Source: a phage. Taken from it: a DNA stretch of 64,000 nt. The position numbers and the translations under genes are program-made. The notes below the pieces were generated by a model, which saw only the letters and a program-made list of their open reading frames with translations, ran no database searches and was not told the DNA's origin. Numbering within the stretch: position 1 is the first letter of the stretch; every line of letters starts with the position of its first letter. Location: NCBI GenBank assembly GCA_036253495.1, contig GCA_036253495.1_4125.1, one strand, 5' to 3'. Shown here piece after piece: positions 42,110 through 52,097 of this stretch.

Positions 42110-42311
42110 TGGGTATGAATATTACAGGCTGTTGCGAACTATACAAGCAAAAGTTTCTAGTATTTCTTTAAACAAATCTATTGCACAAGTGGACAAATGT
42201 GTTATAATAACTGAAATGAAGCTATCTATCTTCATTGGGACAAACTATCAAAGCATCTACACTGACGCATGGTTAGCAAGTCTACGTAACAAGGTGATAT
42301 CCAGAGAATGA
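42096..42311 (+). CDS. small protein, family B
   Basis: FIGTNYQSIYT. Confidence 0.6.
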   Translation: MKILSGYEYYRLLRTIQAKVSSISLNKSIAQVDKCVIITEMKLSIFIGTNYQSIYTDAWLASLRNKVISRE

Positions 42312-42526
42312 AAAAATTACAAGGTTTTGAATATATTAAGCTTCTGCAAACCTGTGAAATCCAAAGAAGAAAGATTCAAAAGGCTAAAAGAATTACCGCA
42401 GAACGAAAGTTTACACTGATAACTGAAGTCTATGTAGAGGCACTCTTAGGCACAAACTATCAACAAACGTATATAGACCTATGGATTGATGCACTCCAGA
42501 AAGAGGTTAAAAGTAAATGCAAATGA
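42308..42526 (+). CDS. small protein, family B
   Basis: LLGTNYQQTYI; ATGA overlap. Confidence 0.6.
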   Translation: MKKLQGFEYIKLLQTCEIQRRKIQKAKRITAERKFTLITEVYVEALLGTNYQQTYIDLWIDALQKEVKSKCK

Positions 42527-42741
42527 TTAATTTAAGTAAAGATGAATATTATGTACGTCTTGCAAAAACTTATTCATTACGCAAGGCCATTTATGAAAGT
42601 CACATTATTGAACAATCAAATAAGTGGATTGTAGTAAATGAAATCAAGATGCTTTCAGTCTTAGGAACAAACTATCAAGCGAGTGCTGTACTGAAGGTCA
42701 TTAATGCACTTCAAAATGAGGTCCAAAGTAAATGCAAATGA
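42517..42741 (+). CDS. small protein, family B
   Basis: MQMINLSKDEY...LGTNYQASAV. Confidence 0.6.
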   Translation: MQMINLSKDEYYVRLAKTYSLRKAIYESHIIEQSNKWIVVNEIKMLSVLGTNYQASAVLKVINALQNEVQSKCK

Positions 42742-42995
42742 TCAATTTAAGTCAAGATGAATATAACGAGCGACTTGCAAAAATCTCACCTAAACGTAAT
42801 GCAATCTATCACAGCCAAGAAATTCAACACAGTAAGAAGATGATTATGTTTCGTGAGTTAAAGATGGGTGTCTTCTTAGGAACAAACTATCAAGAGACAG
42901 AAGTAAATCGCGTCATAACCGAGTTACTCATGGAAATCAGAGGTAAGCTGTACTTTCATCAAATGACCCAACCACTGAGGTGTAATGAGAAATGA
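42732..42995 (+). CDS. small protein, family B
   Basis: MQMINLSQDEY...LGTNYQETEV. Confidence 0.6.
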   Translation: MQMINLSQDEYNERLAKISPKRNAIYHSQEIQHSKKMIMFRELKMGVFLGTNYQETEVNRVITELLMEIRGKLYFHQMTQPLRCNEK

Positions 42996-43228
42996 ATAAA
43001 ATTAATAACATCAACTTAGCAGAAAGATTTGATAGAATTGGGGAAGCTCTGAGAAGATACGATAAAGCATATGGTCATTTAAGCTTTACCATAGAAACGA
43101 GATATGCCCTTGAAGAAGAGTTTAAAATGCATAGTCTCTTAGGCACACAGTATCAAAAACAATATGTTCAAAAATGGATTGAATGTTTAATCCAAACAAT
43201 TCATGTGAGGAACATAAAATGCAAATGA
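42992..43228 (+). CDS. small protein, family B
   Basis: LLGTQYQKQYV; ATGA overlap. Confidence 0.6.
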   Translation: MNKINNINLAERFDRIGEALRRYDKAYGHLSFTIETRYALEEEFKMHSLLGTQYQKQYVQKWIECLIQTIHVRNIKCK

Positions 43229-43473
43229 TATACTTAACAGACGATGAAATAAAAGAAAGAATAATTAAATCCAGAAAACATACAAATCAACTGCCAAAAG
43301 ACCCAAATCAAACCCCTGCTGAAAGGAGTGCAGAAGTATTATATCAACAACTCCTGTACTTTCTTGGAACTGATAGACAGGATTATTATGTTCGATCGAT
43401 TCTTAGATATCTTAAAATGACTATTCAGGAAAAGATACATGACCAAATATATAAAAATCTTAACAGTCAATGA
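43219..43473 (+). CDS. small protein, family B
   Basis: MQMIYLTDDE...LGTDRQDYYV; track extension from 43183 rejected. Confidence 0.6.
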   Translation: MQMIYLTDDEIKERIIKSRKHTNQLPKDPNQTPAERSAEVLYQQLLYFLGTDRQDYYVRSILRYLKMTIQEKIHDQIYKNLNSQ

Positions 43474-43690
43474 ATATCATAAGATTATCATGAAGACTAA
43501 TATTGAGAATTCTAAAAAATCAAATACCAAGTACATTCTGGAACACACATTTGAAGAACGACAATTAGCTTTAGTTGAAGCAAAACTTCTTGCACTATTA
43601 GGGACTAACTATCAAGACGAGTACGTAAGAAAACTAATATACCTTTTAACTAAACACATCAGGAAAAGAAATGCAGCACTTGACAGATGA
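43439..43690 (+). CDS. small protein, family B
   Basis: LLGTNYQDEYV; start overlaps upstream gene. Confidence 0.55.
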   Translation: MTKYIKILTVNEYHKIIMKTNIENSKKSNTKYILEHTFEERQLALVEAKLLALLGTNYQDEYVRKLIYLLTKHIRKRNAALDR

Positions 43691-43880
43691 CGAATACGGT
43701 GTTATCATCCTTGATGTTATCAATAAAGAATACCATAGGAAACAACGATACGCTTGTTATGAAGATAAACAGCTTTCTATAGCTGAACAACAATTAGTTC
43801 ATTTATTAGGAACAAACTATCAAGAACAATGCACTGAACGTTACCTGTATCTACTGTCGAGGAAAACACAAAGATTATGA
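43671..43880 (+). CDS. small protein, family B
   Basis: LLGTNYQEQCT. Confidence 0.6.
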   Translation: MQHLTDDEYGVIILDVINKEYHRKQRYACYEDKQLSIAEQQLVHLLGTNYQEQCTERYLYLLSRKTQRL

Positions 43881-44092
43881 AAATTTTAAGCGAAGGTGAT
43901 GAAGTAATATTACTTATAGAGAATTCAAGTAAATTCTTAAACATATCACTGTCTGATATAGATGAAGATGACAAAGAAGTACTGAGAGCAGATTTAAGAG
44001 TACTGTTACATCTCGGAACAAACCTACAAGAACAATTTGTTGAGGACTACATCAATGAACTTAAAGAATCAGTACTGAGAAGATGCAAATGA
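43877..44092 (+). CDS. small protein, family B
   Basis: HLGTNLQEQFV; ATGA overlap. Confidence 0.6.
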   Translation: MKILSEGDEVILLIENSSKFLNISLSDIDEDDKEVLRADLRVLLHLGTNLQEQFVEDYINELKESVLRRCK

Positions 44093-44325
44093 AAATCATT
44101 TCACCTACTGAATACAACCAACTATTAAGTAGTTTAATTCCAAAGTTGCATCGTAGCTGGTCAGCAGAATTATCACAGGATGAAAAAAATATTCTAATAA
44201 GTGAAATCTATGTTCTAGCTACTATAGGAACTAACTATCAAGAACACATCATCGTGGATTATATTAATACACTTAAAAGGGTAATACAATTAAAATGCAC
44301 AGACAGCACATACACAAACCCCTAG
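44083..44325 (+). CDS. small protein, family B
   Basis: TIGTNYQEHII. Confidence 0.6.
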   Translation: MQMKIISPTEYNQLLSSLIPKLHRSWSAELSQDEKNILISEIYVLATIGTNYQEHIIVDYINTLKRVIQLKCTDSTYTNP

Positions 44326-44525
44326 GAACAGCAGAATACATTGAACTAATGGCAGCAAACTTCTCATCCTTTCAGAAACTGAGGCAAGAATCAAATAATG
44401 ATTTAGAATATCATATCAAAAGTTCAGATTTAAGATTGTTACTCACTCTAGGAACAGACAGTCAGTACAAATTCGTACAGGAGCATATTAGAGCACTTTT
44501 AAATGGCATCAGGGATAAACTATGA
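44295..44525 (+). CDS. small protein, family B
   Basis: TLGTDSQYKFV; start overlaps upstream gene. Confidence 0.55.
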   Translation: MHRQHIHKPLGTAEYIELMAANFSSFQKLRQESNNDLEYHIKSSDLRLLLTLGTDSQYKFVQEHIRALLNGIRDKL

Positions 44526-44737
44526 AGGAAATATCAAATCAAGAGTACTTGGCACTATTCAGAAAAAATAAGAAAGAATTTATTGTACTTGATACAAGAA
44601 CTGATATAGGGGAACTTGAAAAAAATCTTTTGCGTTCAGATATGATAGTACTGATACTCTTAGGAACACAGCATCAAGAAAGAACTGTTAATTCACACAT
44701 AGAAATACTTAAGAAGCTTATACAGGAAAAGTTATGA
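44522..44737 (+). CDS. small protein, family B
   Basis: LLGTQHQERTV; ATGA overlap. Confidence 0.6.
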   Translation: MKEISNQEYLALFRKNKKEFIVLDTRTDIGELEKNLLRSDMIVLILLGTQHQERTVNSHIEILKKLIQEKL

Positions 44738-44955
44738 GAATCATAACACAAAAAGATATGTTTAAGTTAGCAAGGGATCATGCATCTGAAATTGATGCTA
44801 TAGTATCAAAAAGTTACAATGACCCTTATACACAAGATGTACACTACAATGAATTATGGGTGTATATACTTTTAGATACAAATTATCAAGAGCAAGCAGT
44901 ACAGAGGTATTTGAGTGCTTTAAGTACTGCTACTGCTAATGGAATAGGTGTTTAA
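44734..44955 (+). CDS. small protein, family B
   Basis: LLDTNYQEQAV; ATGA overlap. Confidence 0.6.
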   Translation: MRIITQKDMFKLARDHASEIDAIVSKSYNDPYTQDVHYNELWVYILLDTNYQEQAVQRYLSALSTATANGIGV

Positions 44956-44957
44956 AA

Positions 44958-45299
44958 ATGAAAACTAATATTCAACTTAAGGTTTATAAATCATTTGCAA
45001 GTACATATATCAAATGCAGTCTATGTAAAGATGTAATGGACTACAAAGGTAAGCCATTCACGATTACTTACGATTCTACAAGAGGTTTTTATATATCTTT
45101 TGCTGATTACAAATATAACATGTACGAACACATTGACATTGAAGATTTAAGTACTTTATCTGAAGAAGAATACTTTCAAGAATCATTAGTATGGGATTTA
45201 GAGTTTCCTATGCCATTGGTACATAAGATGATAGTACTAATAAAAGAAACTAAACAGGAGCCTAATAGTGCTTATGAAGAACACATTATTGAGTACTGA
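44958..45299 (+). CDS. small protein, family C (EEYFQxS-motif) inside family B array
   Basis: SEEEYFQESLVWD. Confidence 0.65.
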   Translation: MKTNIQLKVYKSFASTYIKCSLCKDVMDYKGKPFTITYDSTRGFYISFADYKYNMYEHIDIEDLSTLSEEEYFQESLVWDLEFPMPLVHKMIVLIKETKQEPNSAYEEHIIEY

Positions 45300-45302
45300 A
45301 CC

Positions 45303-45533
45303 ATGAAAAGATTATCATTCGAAGAGTACTGCAAGCTTATTAATACTTTACAACCACAAATAAAACAAATAAATTCTCTTCCTATATCCCAAGAAGAACG
45401 TGCAGTACTGAAAGATGAGTTAATTTTAAAATGCACAGTAGGTACTAACTATCAAGCTGATAGTGTTCGTTATCTAATTTGGGGTTTAATGTGCATAATA
45501 GAGAACAAAGCAGTTGACAGTACTCTAATGTAG
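45303..45533 (+). CDS. small protein, family B
   Basis: TVGTNYQADSV. Confidence 0.6.
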   Translation: MKRLSFEEYCKLINTLQPQIKQINSLPISQEERAVLKDELILKCTVGTNYQADSVRYLIWGLMCIIENKAVDSTLM

Positions 45534-45542
45534 TGCTATAGT
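45514..45542 (+). promoter_or_regulatory. internal promoter
   Basis: TTGACA-17-TATAGT. Confidence 0.45.
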
Positions 45543-45582
45543 GTCAGTACTTTTTCGAGCGTTAAAATATAGGGTACAGATT

Positions 45583-45828
45583 ATGTTAAAATTTTTAAAT
45601 TTCCTTATCGTCTTGTGTATTGTTCTTGGGATTGCACCGTTTGTATTAGCGTATCTGGATTCAGATGAAATGCACAAGATGAATTGCACAAAGACAGGAC
45701 AGAGTAGAAAAGAGACGGTTATGATGCCCGTAACGGTTATTGTGAATAACATGCCGATTACAAACATGGTCCCTACCCTAACGACAACGTACCAGTACTC
45801 TTGTGATGACGGAGAGAGGTGGAGATAA
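45583..45828 (+). CDS. small membrane protein
   Basis: MLKFLNFLIVLCIVLGIAPFVLAYL TM segment; promoter TTGACA/TATAGT upstream; track start 45541. Confidence 0.5.
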   Translation: MLKFLNFLIVLCIVLGIAPFVLAYLDSDEMHKMNCTKTGQSRKETVMMPVTVIVNNMPITNMVPTLTTTYQYSCDDGERWR

Positions 45829-45835
45829 TGCGATA

Positions 45836-46162
45836 ATGCGTAAGATCAATTGTATAAAAAGAGCGAATACATGTTTCATTGCGTTGACCAATGTACCGGG
45901 TGGGTCTGGTGTTAAGATATTTGAGTACAATAAAGTTGATAATTGTTTCTATTGGGTAGAAGGTATCAAATCATATGAAAATACGATAGCAGTACCGAAT
46001 CTAGTTGATATCTCTGAAGAAGAAGAGTTTCAGTACATGTTAGTACACGATGATTCTTTTGGGTTGACATACAAAGAGATGAAGGAAGTACAAAGGCAGA
46101 TGATATCATGTATGAATATTTCTAAGCATTTCCTTCAAAATATTCATCCAATTTACGTATAA
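45836..46162 (+). CDS. small protein, family C
   Basis: SEEEEFQYMLVHDD; start uncertain (track 45803). Confidence 0.55.
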   Translation: MRKINCIKRANTCFIALTNVPGGSGVKIFEYNKVDNCFYWVEGIKSYENTIAVPNLVDISEEEEFQYMLVHDDSFGLTYKEMKEVQRQMISCMNISKHFLQNIHPIYV

Positions 46163-46171
46163 GAGATTAAT

Positions 46172-46507
46172 ATGAAATTCAACATTCATAGAATTAATTC
46201 CGGTTGTATATTTGCTTATACGCATGAGAATTACAAGAAGTACATGAATCATGAAGTACATTATGTTTTTGAGGACGGTAAAGAATATTTTGCTTATTTG
46301 AGTCCCAGGAGTTTAGGTAAGTACGAGTTGCTTCAGGATCTTTCTCTTATGCAGGAAGATGAATTATTTCAGTACAGTCTAATTCATGACCCTTATATGT
46401 TTGATATAGATATTATGTGCAGTTTACAGAAGAGGATGAAAGAAGTTTGGGATTCGATTAAAAGAGGTGATTGTATAGAATATGATAGTATACAAGAAGA
46501 TGCCTAA
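46172..46507 (+). CDS. small protein, family C
   Basis: QEDELFQYSLIHDP. Confidence 0.65.
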   Translation: MKFNIHRINSGCIFAYTHENYKKYMNHEVHYVFEDGKEYFAYLSPRSLGKYELLQDLSLMQEDELFQYSLIHDPYMFDIDIMCSLQKRMKEVWDSIKRGDCIEYDSIQEDA

Positions 46508-46700
46508 CGGATATGAATTGAAGTACAGACATTTTATTCGAAATGTAGATTCAGATCCTTTTAATGTTAAAATGGCAGAGTTCGATTTATTATTTTATCT
46601 AGGAACGAGAGCACAGCCACAATTCGTTGATGCATACATAAGGGCTTTACGAACAGAGATAGTATGCACACCAAAGGAGTCTAAATGTACAAAAATGTAA
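46482..46700 (+). CDS. small protein, family B-like inside family C array
   Basis: FYLGTRAQPQFVDAYIRAL. Confidence 0.55.
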   Translation: MIVYKKMPNGYELKYRHFIRNVDSDPFNVKMAEFDLLFYLGTRAQPQFVDAYIRALRTEIVCTPKESKCTKM

Positions 46701-46942
46701 ACCATCATTTGTACGCATCAAAGTACAGGGATTTTTGTTTACAAGGGGGCGATGAAGATTTTGCTTTGCGATTATCGGAATTTAATATGTTATTTTATCT
46801 TGGTACATCAGTACAAGAAGAAATGGTACAGAAATTTATCAAGCACCTTGAACGAAAAATTCATACGCAAATTTTGGTTGTTAAGTTACAGAATGAGATA
46901 AATGAATACAATGCAGAATCTAACAATAGTACAGGATCTTAG
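46685..46942 (+). CDS. small protein, family B-like inside family C array
   Basis: FYLGTSVQEEMVQKFIKHL. Confidence 0.55.
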   Translation: MYKNVNHHLYASKYRDFCLQGGDEDFALRLSEFNMLFYLGTSVQEEMVQKFIKHLERKIHTQILVVKLQNEINEYNAESNNSTGS

Positions 46943-47303
46943 ACCAGTAATAATGATGTTAAATGCAAGACGAGATTTATGGCACGAAATGCATAACAAG
47001 AAGGATTCATTTGCACAAATCAATTTAGTCTTTCAGGAGTTAATCCAGAGTGCATTGGATGTTATTGAACCAAAATACAAAGATGGTATATTCTGTGTAA
47101 AGAATGCAGTTCGTCCTCATGCAATTCCAAGGAAAATTAAGTTAGCTAGATTAACATTTGACGAGAGGGATTTCTTCAGTTATAATCCCAGTACAGCTTT
47201 ATATTTTATTCCTGATTCAGACAAATATCATCCTATCCATTACGGATGGATTATGTCTTATATAGTAAATGAAACGGAATACCCTATTAAATGGGAAAGA
47301 TGA
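46902..47303 (+). CDS. hypothetical protein
   Basis: 133 aa; start overlaps upstream gene; no family motif. Confidence 0.5.
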   Translation: MNTMQNLTIVQDLRPVIMMLNARRDLWHEMHNKKDSFAQINLVFQELIQSALDVIEPKYKDGIFCVKNAVRPHAIPRKIKLARLTFDERDFFSYNPSTALYFIPDSDKYHPIHYGWIMSYIVNETEYPIKWER

Positions 47304-47479
47304 TGATAGATGTTAAGACATTAAATGCATTACAGGATTCATTATTAGATAGTATTAAGCTGTATTACAATATGCATTTGAGGGGTGGTATCAATGATTA
47401 CAATTATTATTTGAGTGTAATTATATTTGAGCATCTTTCAGTACAGGATAGAATTTTACACAAGTACAAACATTATTGA
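47291..47479 (+). CDS. small hypothetical protein
   Basis: 62 aa; coupled. Confidence 0.45.
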   Translation: MGKMMIDVKTLNALQDSLLDSIKLYYNMHLRGGINDYNYYLSVIIFEHLSVQDRILHKYKHY

Positions 47480-47850
47480 GGAAACAAAATATGTTCAATA
47501 AAATCATGTTCATTTTAACATTTGTGTTTTTATCATTCACAAACACCGCTCATGCAGTACATGCAGAACAGGCATCATCGGATGTACCGTTATATGAAAC
47601 ATACAAATTTGATTGCAGATTGCAGAATAATGAAATAATCAATATCTTTTTACACAATACAGAAGTACCTTATTTGCAGATTGAAGCAACGAAGTACATG
47701 TATTATGGTACGAATTCGGTACAGGAATTTTTATTCAAACACACCAATCAGGATGTAATTATATCATTGCAGTACGTTGATAGTTCATTGTCTTTAATGC
47801 ATTTCAAGAATGCAGAGGGATTAGTTACAGTGCTCAAATGCTATAGGTAA
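47476..47850 (+). CDS. small secreted protein (signal peptide)
   Basis: MFNKIMFILTFVFLSFTNTAHA signal-like N-terminus; ATGA overlap. Confidence 0.55.
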   Translation: MRKQNMFNKIMFILTFVFLSFTNTAHAVHAEQASSDVPLYETYKFDCRLQNNEIINIFLHNTEVPYLQIEATKYMYYGTNSVQEFLFKHTNQDVIISLQYVDSSLSLMHFKNAEGLVTVLKCYR

Positions 47851-47856
47851 TAATAT

Positions 47857-48372
47857 ATGAATGAAATTGAATTATTAACGCACAAGATTAGTACAATAAT
47901 GCTTATGCTCAAAAATAATCATCCTATACATAAGTACATTGATATAGATGAATTACGCATAGAAGATAGGCATGGTAAATTATCGTTTATGTTTCACAAT
48001 GCAAATAATGCAGGGAATGTTAACGTTTGTATTGCAGCATTTACCCAAGCCAATCCAGTACAAACATCTCCTGTTGTATACGAAAATAAAGAAGGGTATT
48101 TGTGGGTAAACACAAACGATTATTTCTTTTATGATTTGAAACAAGATGATGAAGTAGAAGAACGAATTGATTTAATTGATATTAGTACAGATTGTAGTGC
48201 TGAATTATTTCAGAAATCGTTATTATATAGTCCTCGTCAAATGCATTATCTAAAGTTATTCAGTTCATTGTACGCGAATCCTTTAATTAAGGGTTTTAAA
48301 TTTTATATAAAAGTTCCTGACATTCAAGCAGTTTATGATATTTTGATGCAAGGATATAGTTATGAAGTATAG
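47857..48372 (+). CDS. small protein, family C
   Basis: SAELFQKSLLYSP. Confidence 0.65.
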   Translation: MNEIELLTHKISTIMLMLKNNHPIHKYIDIDELRIEDRHGKLSFMFHNANNAGNVNVCIAAFTQANPVQTSPVVYENKEGYLWVNTNDYFFYDLKQDDEVEERIDLIDISTDCSAELFQKSLLYSPRQMHYLKLFSSLYANPLIKGFKFYIKVPDIQAVYDILMQGYSYEV

Positions 48373-48670
48373 AATGCTCTATACAAAAGATATGATTTAT
48401 GTTGAATTAGAAGGCGATGAAGACGGTTGGAATTTGATTTATTCATGTAGTTCAGGTTGGTACATGGCACATTTAAATGATAACGAAGTCACAGATTATT
48501 TTGTAGATTTCAATACATTATCCGACGAAGAATTGTTTCAACAGCAATTAGTGATTGACACAGGTGGATATGATGTGTTATTATTAAAAAAGATACAGAA
48601 AGCTGTTATGAATTTTAATGCCCAGGTATCCGAATGGGAAAGGAAATATTATGACCTCGAAGTACAATAA
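48362..48670 (+). CDS. small protein, family C
   Basis: SDEELFQQQLVIDT. Confidence 0.6.
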   Translation: MKYRMLYTKDMIYVELEGDEDGWNLIYSCSSGWYMAHLNDNEVTDYFVDFNTLSDEELFQQQLVIDTGGYDVLLLKKIQKAVMNFNAQVSEWERKYYDLEVQ

Positions 48671-49019
48671 TACATTTGATATCAATAAGTTAACAGAATG
48701 GTTTTATAATATTGAAATTGAAGCTATTCCGTATCATAAGTACGAACAAAGTGATTTGCGTAGTATAGATATTCGTGAGTTGTATGCATATTATCAGAGT
48801 GCATTAGAGATGCATAAGATATTTTTGAGTACAGAATACATGACACGTTGTAAGGATGCGTTTGATGAATTCAAGAAGAATGATAATTTAGTACAGAAAT
48901 ATGTAATAGCAAAGTACATGTACCTTCAGGGAATTACAAGTACAGTGGAATTCAATACAGTTCTTGCTTTAGTTGAGATTATTTTATTATGCAAAAATGT
49001 AAAGTGGAATTTAGTTTAG
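48651..49019 (+). CDS. hypothetical protein
   Basis: from MTSKYNNTF with SD AAGGAAA; track start 48618. Confidence 0.5.
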   Translation: MTSKYNNTFDINKLTEWFYNIEIEAIPYHKYEQSDLRSIDIRELYAYYQSALEMHKIFLSTEYMTRCKDAFDEFKKNDNLVQKYVIAKYMYLQGITSTVEFNTVLALVEIILLCKNVKWNLV

Positions 49020-49486
49020 AGAGTGCTGTACAGTACGTTAAGTACATTGAAGGTGTATACAATATAATGAAAGCATATGAAGGAAAAGGATATGCTTCAA
49101 TAAATCACAAATATGATTATATTAACAATCAGTTAGAAGAATCAAATTCAGGTAAAGTGCTTTTTAGTTTTTTATATTTTGCTCCTGACAATGTATATCC
49201 TGATGAAAATGATCTTCGTCTGGAAAGAGATGACCTTTGGTATATGTATCCAGGACGTGATAAGCCAATGGATGATGCTTTGTTGGAAATCAAATACAGT
49301 ACAGAACCTTTGACACCGGAGTTGTGGTTCCAGTACAGTACAATACATGAAGAAATTGATATCTTTTTCTACGCAATATATAAGATGCTTTATGAGAATG
49401 GTGTGCTTAAGAATCATGTATATTTTTATTTCCAGCAAATGAAAAATGTATATGAGTCCTTTTACCCAACCGAGCCTGTATCGTAA
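48989..49486 (+). CDS. small protein, family C
   Basis: TPELWFQYSTIHEE; start overlaps upstream. Confidence 0.6.
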   Translation: MQKCKVEFSLESAVQYVKYIEGVYNIMKAYEGKGYASINHKYDYINNQLEESNSGKVLFSFLYFAPDNVYPDENDLRLERDDLWYMYPGRDKPMDDALLEIKYSTEPLTPELWFQYSTIHEEIDIFFYAIYKMLYENGVLKNHVYFYFQQMKNVYESFYPTEPVS

Positions 49487-49512
49487 GATATGGGCTTTTT
49501 TACGTTTTGGTA

Positions 49513-49541
49513 TTGACACAGTACAGAATCGGTGCTAACAT
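49513..49541 (+). promoter_or_regulatory. possible internal promoter
   Basis: TTGACA-17-TAACAT (weak -10). Confidence 0.35.
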
Positions 49542-49568
49542 ACCTGAACCATTTTTAAGGAGAACCCA

Positions 49569-50111
49569 ATGCAAACATCGCAAAAATCGCAAAAATCGCA
49601 AGTACAGAAAGCAATGACATTCAATGAAATTGGTGCATTTAAAGATAAGATTATTGATTGTATTGAATACGCGATTTGTAGTAATATCAAAAGTATAGAG
49701 GTATTTAACAAGTCAAATCGCTCTTACCATATGATGTACATTGCAAACAATAATGGTATCATTCCATTTGTTTCGGATAGTACAATATGGTTCGCTTGCG
49801 ATGTGAAAAAATACACAATAGGTTCATATGTCTTCGGTAAACATGGTGATCTAATTATTCCTGAGCATTGTATGCAAGAAGAAGAATATTTTCAAAAGCA
49901 ATGTGTACATGAACCATTAGAGATGGTTGCTTTATATATGATACCTTATATCTCTAAATGTGTTCATGAGAATAAAGCTCCGTGGAATCATGAATTTGTA
50001 TCGTTGAAGTTATTGTATAATGTTTTAGTACAATATTATGATTACAGACACGAGGGTACAATCAGCGATGTATGGGATTTCGAAAATTTAAGGGTAAAAA
50101 CATATGAATAA
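49569..50111 (+). CDS. small protein, family C
   Basis: QEEEYFQKQCVHEP; N-terminal QKSQKSQ repeat; SD AAGGAG; weak promoter upstream. Confidence 0.65.
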   Translation: MQTSQKSQKSQVQKAMTFNEIGAFKDKIIDCIEYAICSNIKSIEVFNKSNRSYHMMYIANNNGIIPFVSDSTIWFACDVKKYTIGSYVFGKHGDLIIPEHCMQEEEYFQKQCVHEPLEMVALYMIPYISKCVHENKAPWNHEFVSLKLLYNVLVQYYDYRHEGTISDVWDFENLRVKTYE

Positions 50112-50742
50112 TTTTCCAAGAAATGCTTCACCGTATGAGGTGATGAAGTTCATGGAGCCTCATGTTCCTTATATGTTTGAAATGCTAAAGAAGTTCAATG
50201 CTATTTTCCCTGAGAATTCAAAATTGGAGATTCCATTTGATTCCGCATCCAGATACAGTGCATCCTGTGGTAAATTAGTTTTAGTTATCGGTAGTGACAG
50301 AATTGGTTTCAGGGAAGTATTTGACACGTCATTAGCATTTGGTATATTCGATAACAACAATAACATCACATACATTGACAAGTACATTTGCGACATAGCA
50401 GGTTCATCTAAGCCGGATTCCTTTGTGGATTCAGTTGCAGATTATGGTGTTTCAAAAGATGGTAATGTAATAAGTACAAAGACGTTCATATCATTATCGT
50501 TAGACGATGACATATGTTACATTGCAGGTCAAGAGTACGAGGGTGTAGAGGAAGTGCTTTTTCAAATGTCCTTAGTACAGAAGGATATGGTGGACCCTAC
50601 CGAAATCCTGAAGTTGTGCAAATATGCAAATGAGTACAAGAAATTGATTGAACCTGGGTTTAGTTTCAGTGCACAGAGTCCGCATTTTCAGATAAAAGTA
50701 TATGAAGATTTCATTTTGAAGTTAAAAGAGATTGTGTTATAA
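50104..50742 (+). CDS. small protein, family C
   Basis: VEEVLFQMSLVQKD. Confidence 0.65.
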   Translation: MNNFPRNASPYEVMKFMEPHVPYMFEMLKKFNAIFPENSKLEIPFDSASRYSASCGKLVLVIGSDRIGFREVFDTSLAFGIFDNNNNITYIDKYICDIAGSSKPDSFVDSVADYGVSKDGNVISTKTFISLSLDDDICYIAGQEYEGVEEVLFQMSLVQKDMVDPTEILKLCKYANEYKKLIEPGFSFSAQSPHFQIKVYEDFILKLKEIVL

Positions 50743-50794
50743 TACGCAATAACATGCAATAACACACAATACAACAAAGACGGGAGTGATTTAG

Positions 50795-51331
50795 ATGATC
50801 CAGCACAAACATTTTGAGTACGAGTTCGCTGACAATTTAGTAAAAATCGTACAGGCGTTTGAGGCTGGGGATTTTGACCACATCTATCCTAAGCACAAGG
50901 AAGGATGGCTTGAGCCTAAGAGCGATATTGAAAAGTATCCATCTATTGTGTATTACAGGAGAGATACGGTAATGCACGCTGTAGGTGAGAAGATGCAGTT
51001 AGAGTATTGTCTTTTGTTCAATGCTATTACATCGGCTACATCAGCATCTGAAGAGTTCGCTCCAGTGAATTGGATTCGTTATTTGGATATGAGCAAGAGA
51101 GAGGAAGAAACCTTTTTTGCTTTAACAAAGCACGTTGATATTGCAACCTTGAATCCTAACATCCTGAGTCCTGAAGAATATTTTCAGGAGTCCTTAGTAC
51201 AAGATCCTTATGTTTTACAGGTGCAGCAAGTATATAATGTATTACGTGCTAATGTGAAAACGAATTTCTTTTTAGCTTTAACGTGGTACGATAGGTTAGT
51301 AAAAGATCTCAAAGAGATTAAGGGGGAGTAA
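50795..51331 (+). CDS. small protein, family C
   Basis: SPEEYFQESLVQDP; SD GGGAG. Confidence 0.65.
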   Translation: MIQHKHFEYEFADNLVKIVQAFEAGDFDHIYPKHKEGWLEPKSDIEKYPSIVYYRRDTVMHAVGEKMQLEYCLLFNAITSATSASEEFAPVNWIRYLDMSKREEETFFALTKHVDIATLNPNILSPEEYFQESLVQDPYVLQVQQVYNVLRANVKTNFFLALTWYDRLVKDLKEIKGE

Positions 51332-51897
51332 TGCTGGACCTTCAGGACATAGAAAGTACATGCAAAGCGATAGAAGATGATTTAGAATACATCAAGGGGT
51401 TGTATTTAATTGTAGATAGGATTTACAAAAATCCGAATGCGTTTCAGGAAACGTACCAGCATGATAAATTTCGTCACGAACCAATCATTACGCTTATGTC
51501 GGATTTATCGATTTACGAAAGAAAATCCAACAAATCACATAGTGTATTATTTGTGAGTACAGATAGATTTTACAGTACAACATCAATTTGTTCAGATGTA
51601 TCATGTGCATGGTTCAGTTCAAATGAATATATAACAGTTAAAAATAATGGCGAAAATGAGAAATTAAAAGTAAGTGAGCTTATTGATTTGATGCCATATA
51701 GTCCTGATGTTGTGTTTCAGTACAGTACATTGCACGATTATAATTCAATACGATATCGTTATTTTGTTAAGCATTATTATGATACCTTCGGGGAGTTGAC
51801 GGAGAAGTTAACGTTGAGATTTGACCGTGATATCGATCTCGTTGCAATGCTTCAGTACATACAGTACGTGTTTGATAAGGACGCGGAAAAGGGGTAA
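51331..51897 (+). CDS. small protein, family C
   Basis: SPDVVFQYSTLHDY. Confidence 0.65.
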   Translation: MLDLQDIESTCKAIEDDLEYIKGLYLIVDRIYKNPNAFQETYQHDKFRHEPIITLMSDLSIYERKSNKSHSVLFVSTDRFYSTTSICSDVSCAWFSSNEYITVKNNGENEKLKVSELIDLMPYSPDVVFQYSTLHDYNSIRYRYFVKHYYDTFGELTEKLTLRFDRDIDLVAMLQYIQYVFDKDAEKG

Positions 51898-52097
51898 TTT
51901 TAAAATGATAAATATAGGCTTGTTTTTGGGGGTCAAAAAAATTTTCGCTGAAAAACATGTTAAGGTATATGTTTAATATAAAATTTTATATTGTGTTTTT
52001 CAGAGTACAGTTCATGTTTCCTTAAACAAAAAATACCCCGCCGCCGAACGTGCTCCTTATATTGTAGTTTACCTTATTAATTATAGTAGAGGTTATT